A program made the position numbers and the translations under genes. A stretch of 64,000 nt of DNA from an uncultured Thermoleophilia bacterium (GTDB lineage: Bacteria > Actinomycetota > Thermoleophilia > Solirubrobacterales > 70-9), in assembly GCA_963844425.1 (NCBI GenBank), contig CAWJOD010000021.1, positions 141,579-205,578 on the forward strand, given 5' to 3'. Numbering within the stretch: the stretch's first letter is position 1; every line of letters begins with the position of its first letter. The notes beneath the pieces are model-generated. The model saw only the letters and a program-made list of their open reading frames with translations. It made no database searches and had not been told where the DNA came from. Below are positions 11,564 through 22,555 of this stretch, one piece after another.

Positions 11564-12897
11564 TTCCCCTTATCGCGCAGTTTTCCAGCCGCCGCGCGAG
11601 CTCGGCCTCGAAGCCGCGGTCGGTCGGCGCGTAGAAGCGCTCGGCCTCGAGGCCCTCGGGCGCGAGCGGCTGGTCGGCGACGCCGCCCGGCTGGTCGTGC
11701 GGGATACACGTAGCCCACGCCGCGGCCGAGCTTCTTGGCGCCGGCGTAGTGGGCGTCCTGGAGGTAGGGCGGCGGCGGCTTCGCGCCGTGCTCGCGGACG
11801 TGGCCGAGCGCCGCGCGAGAGGCCCTTCATCGAGGCGTTCGACTTCGGCGCCAGCGCGAGGTAGACCGCGGCCTGGGCGAGGTTGAGCTGGCACTCGGGG
11901 AGGCCGACGCGATCGACCGCGGCGCCGGCGGCGGTGGCGACGACGAGCGCCTGCGGGTCGGCGTTGCCGATGTCCTCGGAGGCGAAGATCACCATCCGGC
12001 GGGCGATGAAGCGCGGGTCCTCGCCGCCCTCGAGCATCACCGCGAGGTAGTAGAGGGAGGCGTCGACGTCGGAGCCGCGGGTCGCCTTGATCCAGGCCGA
12101 GATGTAGTCGTAGTGGAGGTCGCCGCCCTTGTCGTAGAGGAGCGCCTTGCGCTGCAGCGCGTCCTCGGCGACGGCGACGTCGACCGCGCCGCCGCGTGCT
12201 GCGGACCGTCTCCACCGCGCGCTCGAGCGCGGCGAGCGCGGTGCGGGCGTCGCCGCCGGAGCGGGCGGCGATCAGCTCCAGCGCCTCGTCGGCGACCTCC
12301 GGCGGATCGGCGATGCCGCGCTCGGGGTCGTCGAGCGCGCGGCGCAGGAGCTCGCCGACCTCGACGGGGCCGAGCGGGCTGAACTCGTAGATCTGCGAGC
12401 GCGAGATCAGCGCCGAGTTCACCTCGAAGTACGGGTTCTCGGTGGTCGCCCCGATCAGCACGACGAGGCCCTCCTCGACGGCGGGCAGGAGCGCGTCCTG
12501 CTGGGCCTTGTTGAAGCGGTGGATCTCGTCGAGGAAGAAGATCGTCGCCTGGTTCGAGGCGCGCCGGCGCTCGGAGGCGCGCTCGATCATCGCCCGCACC
12601 TCGGCGCGGCCGGCGTTCACCGCCGACGCCTCCTCGAAGGCGCCGTCGGGCCCGGGCGGCGACGATCCGCGCCAGCGTGGTCTTCCCCGAGCCCGGCGGC
12701 CCGTAGAAGATCGCCGAGTGCGGCTCGCCCGACTCGATCGCCGCGCGCAGCGCCGAGCCGGCGGCGAGCAGCTCGTCCTGGCCGACGAGCTCGTCGAGGT
12801 CGCGAGGCCGCATCCGCACCGCCAGCGGCGCCTCGCTCTCCGGGACCGGCGTCCGCCTGGGCTCCGCTCCGCCCTCGTCGCCGAAGAGCCGCTCCAT
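11564..12897 (-). CDS. rarA: replication-associated recombination protein A (AAA ATPase RarA/MgsA), frameshifted
   Basis: [20 protein letters not shown]...[16 protein letters not shown]...[42 protein letters not shown]...GGDARTAL...[15 protein letters not shown]...[24 protein letters not shown]...LAPKSNA. Confidence 0.85.
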
Positions 12898-12898
12898 G

Positions 12899-13781
12899 TC
12901 AGTCCAGCGCGAGCCGGAGGTTGAACGACATCGGGTGCTCGGCGACGGCTCGCGCTATCGCCTCGTCGGTGGCGGGCCCGATGCGTCCGCGCCGGCTCGT
13001 CGATCAGCTCGAGCGTGCCGTGCTCGCGCAGGCCGCCGACCCAGCTCGCCGGGTCGACGCCGCTGGCCGCGAGCCGGCTCGAATGGCGTCTCGATGAAGG
13101 CGACGGCGCCCGAGCTGCGCTCGAGCGTCTTCGGCAGGCCGGCGAGGGCGACCGCCTCGGCGCCCTCGGTGTCGACCTTGATCACGTCGACCCTGCGCTC
13201 GCCGACGACGTCGTCGAGCGGCACGCAGGGCACGGTCACGGTCCCCTTCACGTCCATCGTCGGCCGGCACGAATCCGGTCTGGTCGAGCGCCCAGTGCAT
13301 GTGAAGGGGCGCGCGGCCGGGCTGCGTCGGCCGCCGCCGCCTCGACGATCTCGACGCGATCCGAGTACCCGTTCGCGCTCACGTTCGCCGCGCAGGGCGC
13401 GGCACGTTCGGCGGGGCCGGCTCGACCGCGATGACCGTGCCCGCCGGGACCCGCGCGGCGGGCGGCGACGAGGGTGTAAAGGCCGATGTAGGCGCCGCAG
13501 TCGAGCACCGTCGCGCCCTCGCCGACAGCGTCCTCGAAGACCTGCTGCTGGAACGGGTGGGTGCCGAACCGCTCGGTCATGCGCAGGTAGGTGCCGTGGT
13601 CGGCGAGCGAGCCGCCGAGGGCGAGGCCGTCGACGTCGATCGCGTAATCGTCGAAGCCGAACCGGGCGAGGGCGCGGCGGGTGCGCCAGGTGACCCCGCC
13701 GAGCCCGATCCGGTCGAGGCGGTCGGCGGCGGCGAAGCCGGTGTCGACCACCGCGGCGCGTATCCCCCGTCTCTGAGCCAT
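12899..13781 (-). CDS. FkbM-family SAM-dependent methyltransferase, frameshifted
   Basis: [15 protein letters not shown]...[10 protein letters not shown] (ORF 12955..13257). Start [15 protein letters not shown]; end ...RLALD with the stop at 12899..12901, directly abutting the rarA ATG. Confidence 0.6.
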
Positions 13782-13837
13782 CAGGTGCCGAGTGAGTAGA
13801 TGGTCGCTCGGGGTTCGCCGAGTAGCTTCGGCGGCCC

Positions 13838-14650
13838 GTGGAGGCGCTCGAGCTCGCCCTGCTCGCCCTCTGGTCGTTCGCCGTCGCCCTCGCGGGCGGG
13901 CTCGCCGGGCTCGTGCTCGGGAACCTGCGGCTGCCGGTCGTCGTGGCCGCTCGCGTCCTCGCCGGCCGCGGGGGCCGGATCGAACGTCGTCATCAGCGGG
14001 ATCGCGGCGTTCGCCGCCGCGATCGCCCACTGGCGGGCCGGGCGCCTCGACTGGCGGCTGCTCGGCTGGCTCGCTCCGACCTCGCTCGCCGGCGGCGTCG
14101 TCGGCGGCCTGATCTCGGGCGAGCTGCCGGGCAGGTTGCTGCTCGGCGTGATCGCGCTCGTGGTCCTCTACGGCGCCGTCGAGATCGCCCGCGGACCGGC
14201 GCGGCCCGAGGCCGCGGCGCAGCGGTCGCGGGGCCGCGCGATCGCCAACGCCGCGCTCGTCGGCTTCGGCAGTCGGCGTCCTCGGCGGCACCGTCGGCCT
14301 CATCCTCGGGACGCTGCGCCTGCCGGCGCTGATGCGGTGGGTGGGGACCGCCGCGAAGCGCGGCCGTCGGCACCAACTCCGCCGCCGGGGTGGTCGTCGC
14401 CGTCGGCGGCCTGATCGGCCACCTGCCCGAGCGGCATCGACTGGGCGCTCGTCGCTCGTCGGCGGGCGTGCGCGTCGGTCCCGGGCGCTCTGCTGGGCGC
14501 GCGGATGGTCGGCCGGCTCTCGGAGCGGGACCTGCTGCGCGCGATCGCCGCCGTCTGCGTGGTCGCGGGCCTCGCGATGCTCGTCGCCGCGATCGCGGGT
14601 CAGGCGGTCAGACCCCTTGTATCCGGCCGCACGAGGGGTCTGACCCCTAG
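13838..14650 (+). CDS. TauE/SafE-family anion exporter-like membrane protein (full length, frameshifted; 3' end uncertain)
   Basis: Multi-TM, Gly-rich: ALWSFAVALAGGLAGLVLGNLRLP...GSNVVISGIAAFAAAIAH...LAGGVVGGLISG...GVLGGTVGLILGTLRLPAL...VGTNSAAGVVVAVGGLIGH...RAIAAVCVVAGLAMLVAAI. Confidence 0.55.
14606..14645. terminator. hairpin built from an inverted pair of the GGGGTCTGACC element (12-bp stem, 16-nt loop)
   Basis: GGTCAGACCCCT (14606-14617) ... AGGGGTCTGACC (14634-14645) between the TauE-like gene and the M20 peptidase gene. The same core recurs at 46195-46219. Confidence 0.5.
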
Positions 14651-14659
14651 GCTGGACGC

Positions 14660-16007
14660 ATGGAGAGAGGGGCCACCCTCGATGAGGCCAGCGGCGTCGG
14701 CGCCGAGGCGACGGAGCTGCTCCGGCGGCTGATCCGCTTCGACACGACCAACCCTCCGGGCAACGAGCGCGAGGCGCAGGAGATGCTCGCCGCCGAGCTC
14801 GGCGACGCCGGCTTCGAATGCGAGCTGCTCGGGGTCGAGCCCGAGCGCCCGAACCTGATCGCCCGGCTGCGCGGCGAGGGCGAGCGGGCCGACCCTGTGC
14901 CTGCTCGGCCACGTCGACACGGTCCCCGCCGATCCCGACGACTGGACCCACGACCCGTGGAGCGGCGACCTCGCCGACGACCAGGTCTGGGGCCGCGGCG
15001 CGCAGGACATGGAGGGCCAGGTCGCGGCCGAGATCGCGGCGGCGACCTCGCTCGCGCGCTCGGGCTGGCGCCCGGAGGGCGAGCTGCTCGTGATCGTCAC
15101 CGCCGACGAGGAGATGGGCGCCCACAAGGGCGCGAAGTGGCTCTGCGAGGAGCACCCCGACAAGGTCCGCTCCGACCTCGTCGTCAACGAGGGCGGCGGC
15201 ATGAGCTTCGTGCTGGAGCGGCAGGCGCTTCTACACCCTCTGCGTCGGCGAGAAGGGGGTCTTCCGCTTCAACGTGAAGGCCCGCGGGCCGCGCCGGCCA
15301 CGCGTCGGTGCCCGGCGCTCGGCGACAACGCGCTGCTGAAGCTGGCGCCGGCACTCGACGGCGCTGCGCTCGCAGCCCGAGCCCGAGCCGACGCCCGAGG
15401 GGCTCGAGTTCCTGTCGACGCTGCTGGGCGAGCAGGTCGATGCCGACGGCCTCGGCTCGACGCGCTCGATCGCGCTCGGGGAGCTCGACCCGCTGCTCAC
15501 CGCCTTCGTCGCCGAGCCGATGCTGCGGGTGACGCTGACGCCGACGATGGCGCAGGCCTCGCCGAAGGAGAACGTGATCCCCGCACACGCCCAGGTCCTC
15601 GTCGACTGCCGCGTGCCGCCGGAGATGACCCAGTCCGACGTCGCGCGAGCGCGTCCGCCCGCTTCTCGGCGAGAGTCGAGAGACGTCGGAGATCGAGTTC
15701 GTCGAGGACGCCGTCGGCAATCGCTCGCCCTCGAGCTCGCCGCCTCGCCGACGCGATCGCGGCGACGATGGAGGAGCTCGACCCCGGCTCGGGGCTGGTG
15801 CCGATCGTGATGGCGGGCTTCTCCGACAGCCACTGGTTCCGCAAGGCCTTCGACGCGTCGACGGTCTACGGCTTCTGCCCGCAGCGCGGGATGGACCTGG
15901 CCGAGGCCGGCCCCCTGATCCACGGCGCGGACGAGCGCATCATGGTCTCCGACATGGAGCTCGCCGCCAACTTCTACGTCGATCTGACCAGGAGGCTGCT
16001 CGGATGA
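14660..16007 (+). CDS. M20-family metallopeptidase (ArgE/DapE/ACY1-like), frameshifted
   Basis: ELLRRLIRFDTTNPPGNE...LLGHVDTVPADPDDWTHDPWSG...WGRGAQDMEG...IVTADEEMG...VVNEGGG...GFSDSHWFR...IHGADERI. Confidence 0.75.
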
Positions 16008-16822
16008 GCCAGAACGGGCGACCGGCCCCGATCGGCCCCGCTCCGCCTCGGCGGCATGGCGCTGAAGAACGGGCTGCTGGTCCACGGCCCGACCTCGTGG
16101 GCGGCGGCCGCCCGCACGCCGGAGGGCACGATCCGCGTCGCGTCGGGCCCGAAGCCGACGTTCCCCGGGCCCGGCCTCGTCGATGCCGATCCTCCGCGGG
16201 CCGCTCCGGCTCGCCGAGGGCTTCGCCTTCATCCCGATCGCGCGCCGCAGCCTGCCGATCGCGCGCCTGCCCTTCGAGGACCTGCGCGTGCTCGCCGCCG
16301 CGATCGCGGCGACCGCCCTGAGCGCCGGCGATCCGGCGCGGGCGCGGGGCCGCTCGCCGTGCGCGAGGCGCTGGCCGCCGGCCTCGGCCTGATGCCCGCT
16401 CTCGTCGCGCTGCGCGGCTCCGAGCTCGCCGCCTACCACGGAGTCGAGCACAAGGCGATCGGCGGCTACGAGCGCGGCGTCGATCCGGTGGAGGTCGCCA
16501 AGGAGCACGAGCGCTGCGGCTCCCACCTGGTCGCGCCGATGCTCGCGTTCTCGCTCGCCGGCCAGTTCGTCGTCGAACGGCTCGCTCGAGTCGCCAGGGC
16601 GGATCGCCCGCGGCGCCGCCGCGCTCGGTGGCGTCTCGGCCGCGGTCGAGCTCTTCGTCTGGTCCGAGCGCAACCCCGACCATCCGCTCGCCCGCGCCTT
16701 CCGCCGGCCCGGCACCGAGATCCAGCGCGTGTTCGCCACCAAGGAGCCGACCAGCGAGCAGATGGAGGTCGGGAACGGCGGCGCTCGACGAGATCCTCCG
16801 CGCCGAGGGAGTGAAGAATTGA
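16004..16822 (+). CDS. DUF1385 family protein, frameshifted
   Basis: LGGMALKNGLLVHGPTSWAAAARTPEGTIRV...PILRGPLRLAEGF...YHGVEHKAIGGYERG...EHERCGSHLV. ATG 16004 overlaps the M20 stop (ATGA). Confidence 0.65.
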
Positions 16823-16851
16823 GTCCAATCCTGCCGATACCCATATAGCGC

Positions 16852-18417
16852 GTGGTAGGGATCACATACGACACATTCCTGAACGACGTCCTGATCCCCT
16901 GGGCCCCCGTGCTCCTGCTCGCGGTGATCGTCTACTTCATGTGGCGCACGCTGAAGCTGATGCCGCGGACGAAGCCGCAGGAGATCAGCCCGCGCTCCAA
17001 GAGCGCGATCACCTGGGGGGACATCGCCGGGGTCGAGGAGACCAAGGACGAGCTCCGCGAGGTGGTCGACTTCCTCTCCGACCCGAAGCGGTTCAAGTCG
17101 CTCGGAGCGAAGGTGCCGAAGGGGATCCTCCTGCACGGACCGCCGGGCACCGGCAAGACCCTGCTGGCGAAGGCCGTCGCGCACGAGTCCGGCGCGCAGT
17201 TCTTCAGCCAGTCGGCCTCCTCCTTCGTCGAGATGTTCGCCGGGCTCGGCGCGGCGCGGATCCGGCGCCTGTTCAAGGAGGCGCGCGAGCACGCGCCCGC
17301 GATCATCTTCATCGACGAGCTCGACGCCGTCGGCACCGAGCGCGGCGCCGACATCTCCGGCGAGCGCGACCAGACCCTCAACCAGCTGCTCGTCGAGATG
17401 GACGGCTTCGACTCCCGCGACAACGTCGTCGTGATGGCCGCCTCGAACATGCTCGAGAAGCTCGACAAGGCGCTGCTGCGCCCCGGCCGCTTCGACCGCC
17501 AGGTCTTCGTCCCGCCGCCCGACATGCGCGGCCGGGAGCAGATCCTGCGCGTCCATTCGACCGACAAGCCGCTCGCCCAGGACGTCGACCTCGGGCGGGT
17601 CGCGCGCCACACCGCCGGGCTCACCGGGCGCGGACCTCGCCAACCTCTGCAACGAGGCGGCGATCCTCGCCGGCCGCAAGCCGCCGCGACTTCATCGCCC
17701 AGGCCGACTTCGACAACGCCTTCGAGCGGGTGGTCGCCGGGCCTCGAGTCGCGCAAGGTGATGACCGACCACGAGAAGCGCGTGGTCGCCTGGCACGAGG
17801 CGGGGCACGCGCTCGTCTCGGAGCTCCTGCCGACCGTCGACAAGGTGCAGAAGGTCTCGATCGTCCCGCGCGGCAAGGCGCTGGGCTACACGCTCAACCT
17901 CCCGCAGGAGGACCGCTACCTGAAGTCGCGCGAGGAGCTGATCGACTACATGAAGGTGCTGCTGGCCGGCCGGGTCGCCGAGCAGATCGAGTTCGGCCGG
18001 GTCACCACCGGCGCCGCCGACGACCTGCGCAAGGTCACCGACATCGCGCGCTCGATGGTCTACGACTACGGCATGGGCACGACGATCCGCGCCCACCAGC
18101 TGCCCGGCGACGACTTCACCCTCTCGGAGTCGCTTGCGCAAGACCCGCGACGACGAGGTCCACGCCGATCGCCGAGGAGGCCTACCGCGGCGCCCACCGC
18201 CTGCTCTCCGACCATCGCGACCTGCTCGACGTGATCGCCGAGCGCCTGCTCCGCGACGAGGTCATCGAGCACGACCAGATCCGCGAGATCATGGAGGGCA
18301 CGCCGACGCCGGGACCGACGACGCGGCGCGCGCGCCGTGAGTCGCTCCCGACCCGGAAGGCCCGCCGCGGCACTCGCCTCGAAGCCTCCGCCGCCCGAAG
18401 AGCGCAAGCAGCGCTGA
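16852..18417 (+). CDS. ftsH: FtsH-type AAA+ zinc metalloprotease paralog with a short single-TM N-terminus (frameshifted; 3' end uncertain)
   Basis: One TM (VLIPWAPVLLLAVIVYFMW), then ILLHGPPGTGKTLLAKAVA...IIFIDELDAV...MAASNMLEKLDKALLRPGRFDR...WHEAGHALV (HExxH)...GRVTTGAADDL. Confidence 0.85.
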
Positions 18418-18441
18418 GCGGGCCGGCAATCGCTATCCGGC

Positions 18442-19117
18442 TGCCGAGCGGCTACGCCGGCCGCCGCGCGGCGCGAAGCTCTTCGGGATCGGGCTCCCAG
18501 CCGACCGCCATCGCCTGCAGGCCGCGGAAGAAGATCGCCAGCATCGTCGCGTAGAGGTCCTCGTCGAGGTCCGGGTCGACCATGCGGTCGAGCAGGAAGC
18601 CGTCGCGCCATGAAGTCGGTCATCGCGGCGATGTCCTCGATCGGGATCGGCGGCTCGGCCGCGAAGTCGTCCGCCCAGCGGCGGAAGATCTCGGCGAGGC
18701 GCGCGCGCAGCGCACGGTGGCGCTTCGCCAGCTCCTCGCGGAAGCCCTCGTTCGCGCGCCGCGTAGGCGACGAACTCGAAGTAGAGGCGCGGCCAGTCCG
18801 GGTCGCCGCGGAACGTACCGGATGAAGTCCGTCGGCCGCGTGCGCGCGCCTCGTGCGTCGGGGTCGCCGGTGCCCGCGAGCGGCGCGTCGAGCGCTCGAG
18901 CTGCTCGGCGAACCTCTCGTCGAGCATGACCAGGAAGAGCTCCTCCTTCGACTCGAAGTTGGAGTAGAAGGCGCCCTTCGTGTAGCCCGCGTCGTGGGCG
19001 ATCTCGTCGACGGAGGTCTCCCTCGAGCCCGCGCCGGCGGAAGAGCTTCGCCGCCGAGCGCAGGAGCGCCGCGCGCGTCTCCGCCTGCTTCTGGCGCCGC
19101 GTCAGCGTACGCGGCAT
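18442..19117 (-). CDS. TetR/AcrR-family transcriptional regulator, frameshifted
   Basis: MPRTLTRRQKQAETRAALLRSAAKLFRRRGLEG + SVDEIAHDAGYTKGAFYSNFESKEELF (HTH, alternate frame) ... WPRLYFEFVAYAARNEGFREEL. Confidence 0.75.
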
Positions 19118-19207
19118 GGCTCATCCGACCAGCACCTCGGCGTCGTGGCGCGGCGTCTCGGTGATCGCGCGGCGGTAGGACGCGCTCGTCGCGGCGGCGC
19201 GTCGGGC

Positions 19208-20423
19208 TCAGGGTCCTGCGCGGGCGACCAGCTCGCGCAGCACGACCTGCATCTCGAACTGGGCGAAGGCGCCGCCGAGGCAGCGCCGCACGCCGCCGCC
19301 GAACGGGATCCACGTGTAGGTGCCGGGCGGGTTGTCGAGGAAGCGCTCGGGCTTGAAGGCGTCCGGGTCGGGATAGATCTCGGGGTCGCGGTGGACGAGG
19401 TAGATGCAGGGCGCGACCTTGACGCCGGCGGGGAGCTCGTAGCCGCCGAACTCGAACGGCGCCTTCAGGGTCCGGTTGACGAGGGAGATCACCGGGCGCA
19501 GGCGCAGGGTCTCCTGGACCACCGCGGTCAGGTAGCTCTCCTCCCTCGGCCTCGACCTCCGCGGTCAGCCGCTCGAGCTTGTCGGGATGGCGGACGAGGC
19601 GCTCGACCGCCCAGGCGAGCGCGTTCGCGGTCGTCTCGTGGCCGGCGACGAGCAGGGTGACGAGCTCGTCGCGCAGCTCGTCGTCGGACATCGGGCTGCC
19701 GTCCTCGTGGCGGGCCTGGAGCATCAGGGAGAGGATGTCGTCGCGCTCGGCGAGGTCGCCCGCGTCGCGGTGGTCGGCGATCTCGGCGTGGATCAGCGCG
19801 GTCGACGCGCGCGATGTCGCGCTTGAACGGGCCGAAGTTGCGGATCCGCTCGGGGCCGAGGGCGATCAGGAAGAGGGCCTGGCGCGGGTTCGTGACCATG
19901 TCGAGCAGGCGCCGCAGCTCGGCGCGCAGCGCGTCGAGCCGCTCGCCCTCGCGCACGCCGAAGACGGTGCGCAGGATGATCTCGAGCGTCACCGCCTGCA
20001 TCCGCGGGCGCAGCTTGTACGGCTCGCCGAGCGGCCAGGACTCGATCTCCGCCGCGGCGATCTCGGCCATCAACTCGCCGTAGGCCTTCATCCGCTGGCC
20101 GTGGAAGGCGGCAGCAGCAGCTTGCGGTGCTCCATGTGGTCGTCCTCGTCGAGCAGCAGCAGCGACTGCGGCCCGACGACCGGGAGCAGGATCCTGTTGG
20201 CCTCGCCGGCGTGCAGGTGGGCGGGGTCGGCGGTGAAGACCTTCTTGATGTCCTCGGGCCGCGTGACGAAGACCCAGGTGCCCTCGTAGGCGATCTTCAG
20301 CGTGAACGTGTGGCCGTAGCGGGCGTGGCACATCGCGAGCACGCACTGGGCGCTGCGGAACCAGACCGCCGTCTGAGCGGCGCGCGGGAGCTGCGGGCCG
20401 GGCGGGAGCGCGGTCTGCGTCAT
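19208..20423 (-). CDS. cytochrome P450, frameshifted
   Basis: MTQTALPPGPQLP...LLVAGHETTANAL (I-helix)...ETLRLRP...FKPERF...FGGGVRRCLGGAFA (Cys heme ligand loop). Confidence 0.85.
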
Positions 20424-21009
20424 GGCGCCATCCCGAGGTTCGCCTTCGCGACGCCCCCGCGTCCGGCGAACGCAACCGCCAGGCTCCGGCCGAGCACTCG
20501 CGCTCGCGGGCGAAGAAGGTCGGGACCGGCTCGGTGACGTTGCGAAGCCAGTGCAGGCGACGATCGCCGAACTCGATCTTGCGCAGCCGCCCGGCCGCTT
20601 CGCGGGCCGCATCGGAGACGAGGACCTCGCCGCCGGGCGCGACCGCGCAGAGCCGGGAGGCGACGTTGACGGCACGCCCGTACCAGTCGCCCTCGCGGCC
20701 GACCGCCGGCCCGCTGTGGACTCCGACCCGGACCGCGGGGATGCTTGGCACGGCTTCGAGCTCGCCGACGATCCGCAGGCCGAGCCTGATCCCGTCCCCG
20801 GCGTCGGGACAGCGGAGCATGATCCCGTCGCCCAGCGCCTTCACCTCCTCGGCCGCGAACTCGGGCAGGATCGCGCGGACGCGGCGATGGAGCTCGAGCG
20901 CGACCTCGGCGGCGCGGTCGTCGCCCTCGAGATCGGCGAGGGCGGTGAAGCCGACGAGATCGACGAAGAGGAAGGTGTGGTCGGGGGCCCCAGCCGCTGG
21001 CGTTCGCAT
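20420..21009 (-). CDS. stand-alone class III adenylate/guanylate cyclase catalytic domain protein (3' end inferred)
   Basis: HTFLFVDLVGFTALADLEGDD...VKALGDGIMLRC...VRVGVHSGPAV...GDWYGRAVNVASRL. As sequenced the frame runs on into the P450 gene. An alternate-frame TGA overlaps the P450 ATG (ATGA). Confidence 0.7.
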
Positions 21010-21043
21010 ACCGTCCGGTATTTCAATCACATACCGCGGGTAT
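21008..21043. promoter_or_regulatory. two operator-like palindromes in the cyclase / mce divergent region
   Basis: ATACCG-TC-CGGTAT (21008-21021, overlapping the cyclase ATG) and CATACC-GCG-GGTATG (21030-21044). Their centres are about 22 bp apart, within a locally AT-richer stretch. Confidence 0.4.
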
Positions 21044-21102
21044 GTCAAGTGGGTACCGGGTGGGGCCGGATCAGCCTCGGCGACGCCAATAGACTCGCGG
21101 CG

Positions 21103-21514
21103 ATGTTCGACCGGATCGACCACATCGGCGTCGCCGTCGAGGACCTCGACGGCGCGATCGAGCTCTACGAAGGCAGCGTTCGGGATGACCCTCGCCCACC
21201 GCGAGACAGTCGAGGCCCAGGGCGTCGAGGCCGTGCTGCTCGACGTCGGCGATGGCCACGTCGAGCTGCTCAGGCCGCTTGGGCCCGACACGCCCGTCGG
21301 CAAGTTCCTCGCCCGCAAGGGGGAGGGGCTGCACCACGTCGCCTACGCGGTGACCGACATCGAGGCGACGCTCGCGAGCCTGAAGGAGGGCGGCGTCGAG
21401 CTGATCGACGCCGAGCCGCGAACCGGCATCCGCGACAGCCGGGTCGCCTTCGTGCACCCCCGCTCGACCGGCAGCGTCCTGACCGAGATCGTCCAACCCG
21501 CGGAGGCTCACTGA
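21103..21514 (+). CDS. mce: methylmalonyl-CoA epimerase (VOC/glyoxalase fold), one frameshift near 21175
   Basis: MFDRIDHIGVAVEDLDGAIELYE + AFGMTLAHRETVEAQGVEAVLLDVGDGHVELLRPLGPDTPVGKFLARKGEGLHHVAYAVTDIEA...AFVHPRSTGSVLTEIV. Confidence 0.75.
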
Positions 21515-21515
21515 C

Positions 21516-21737
21516 ATGGCTGAAATGAAGAAGGTCGAGATCGGGCTGGCGGTGGCGCAGGTGGTCACCGCCCGGCTCACCGACGACGCGCTCGGGCGGC
21601 TGCGCGAGGCGGTCGAGCGCGGCGAGGGCTGGTTCGACCTCGAGACCGACGACGGCACGCTGGCGATCAACCTCGCCGTCGTCGTCTTCCTCAAGGTCGC
21701 CGGCGCGCCGCATTCGGTCGGCTTCCGCGAGCATTGA
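21516..21737 (+). CDS. small conserved protein, DUF3107-like
   Basis: Intact 73 aa: MAEMKKVEIGLAVAQVVTARLTDDALGRLREAVERGEGWFDLETDDGTLAINLAVVVFLKVAGAPHSVGF. The pattern resembles the actinobacterial DUF3107 family (recalled from memory, not searched). Confidence 0.4.
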   Translation: MAEMKKVEIGLAVAQVVTARLTDDALGRLREAVERGEGWFDLETDDGTLAINLAVVVFLKVAGAPHSVGFREH

Positions 21738-21741
21738 GCCG

Positions 21742-22125
21742 ATGACGAACGCGACGTTCTACCCCAACGTCCTCTACGAAGACGCCCTGGCGGCGATCGA
21801 GTGGCTCGAGGGAACGCTCGGCTTCGAACGCGGCGACGTCCACCAGGACGACGACGGCAACGTCGTCCACGCCGAGGTACGTCTCGGCGAGGCGGTCGTC
21901 ATGGTCGGCACGGCCGGCACCGGCCGCGAGCCTTTCAGCGCGATCAGGCCCGGCAACTACCTCGTCTACTGTGCGATCGACGACGTCGACGGGCTCCATG
22001 ACCGCGCCCGCGACGCCGGCGCCGACATCGCCCTCGGGCTCACCGACACCGACTACGGCTCGCGCGACTTCACCGCCCGCGACCCGGAGGGCAACCTTTG
22101 GGCGTTCGGGACCTACCGGCCGTAG
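21742..22125 (+). CDS. VOC (glyoxalase/bleomycin-resistance, PhnB-like) family protein
   Basis: Intact 127 aa: YEDALAAIEWLEGTLGFERG...VVHAEVRLGEAVVMVG...DYGSRDFTARDPEGNLWAFGTYRP. Confidence 0.7.
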   Translation: MTNATFYPNVLYEDALAAIEWLEGTLGFERGDVHQDDDGNVVHAEVRLGEAVVMVGTAGTGREPFSAIRPGNYLVYCAIDDVDGLHDRARDAGADIALGLTDTDYGSRDFTARDPEGNLWAFGTYRP

Positions 22126-22150
22126 ATCTAAGTCGCGATACTGGTGGGCG

Positions 22151-22555
22151 ATGGCCTTCGTCCCGCCCGCACGTCACCTGCTCCGCGCCAAGGACCTAGC
22201 CGACGCGCGCTACTTCGAGCCGCTCAAGGTCGATGACATGGCGCGGTCGGCCGGGCTCTCGCGGGCGCACTTCAGCCGTGAGTTTCGCCGTGCCTTCGGC
22301 GAGTCGCCGCACGCGTACCTGCTGACGCGCCGGCTCGAGCGTGCGGCAGCGATGCTGCGCTCGACCGACCGCCCGGTAACCGACATCTGCTTCTCGGTCG
22401 GCCTGACCAGCGTGGGGTCGTTCACGACCAGCTTCACCCGGACCTACGGCGTTTCGCCGACGGACTATCGCGCCGCGTTCCCGCCGGCCGCGGACCGGGC
22501 CCGTGTGCCCACGTGCATAGTCCGAGCCTTCGGGCGCCCGCAGAAAGCCGCCTAA
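22151..22555 (+). CDS. AraC-family HTH transcriptional regulator (short)
   Basis: LKVDDMARSAGLSRAHFSREFRRAFGESPHAYLLTRRLERAAAMLRSTDRPVTDICFSVGLTSVGSFTTSFTRTYGVSPTDYR. Confidence 0.75.
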   Translation: MAFVPPARHLLRAKDLADARYFEPLKVDDMARSAGLSRAHFSREFRRAFGESPHAYLLTRRLERAAAMLRSTDRPVTDICFSVGLTSVGSFTTSFTRTYGVSPTDYRAAFPPAADRARVPTCIVRAFGRPQKAA

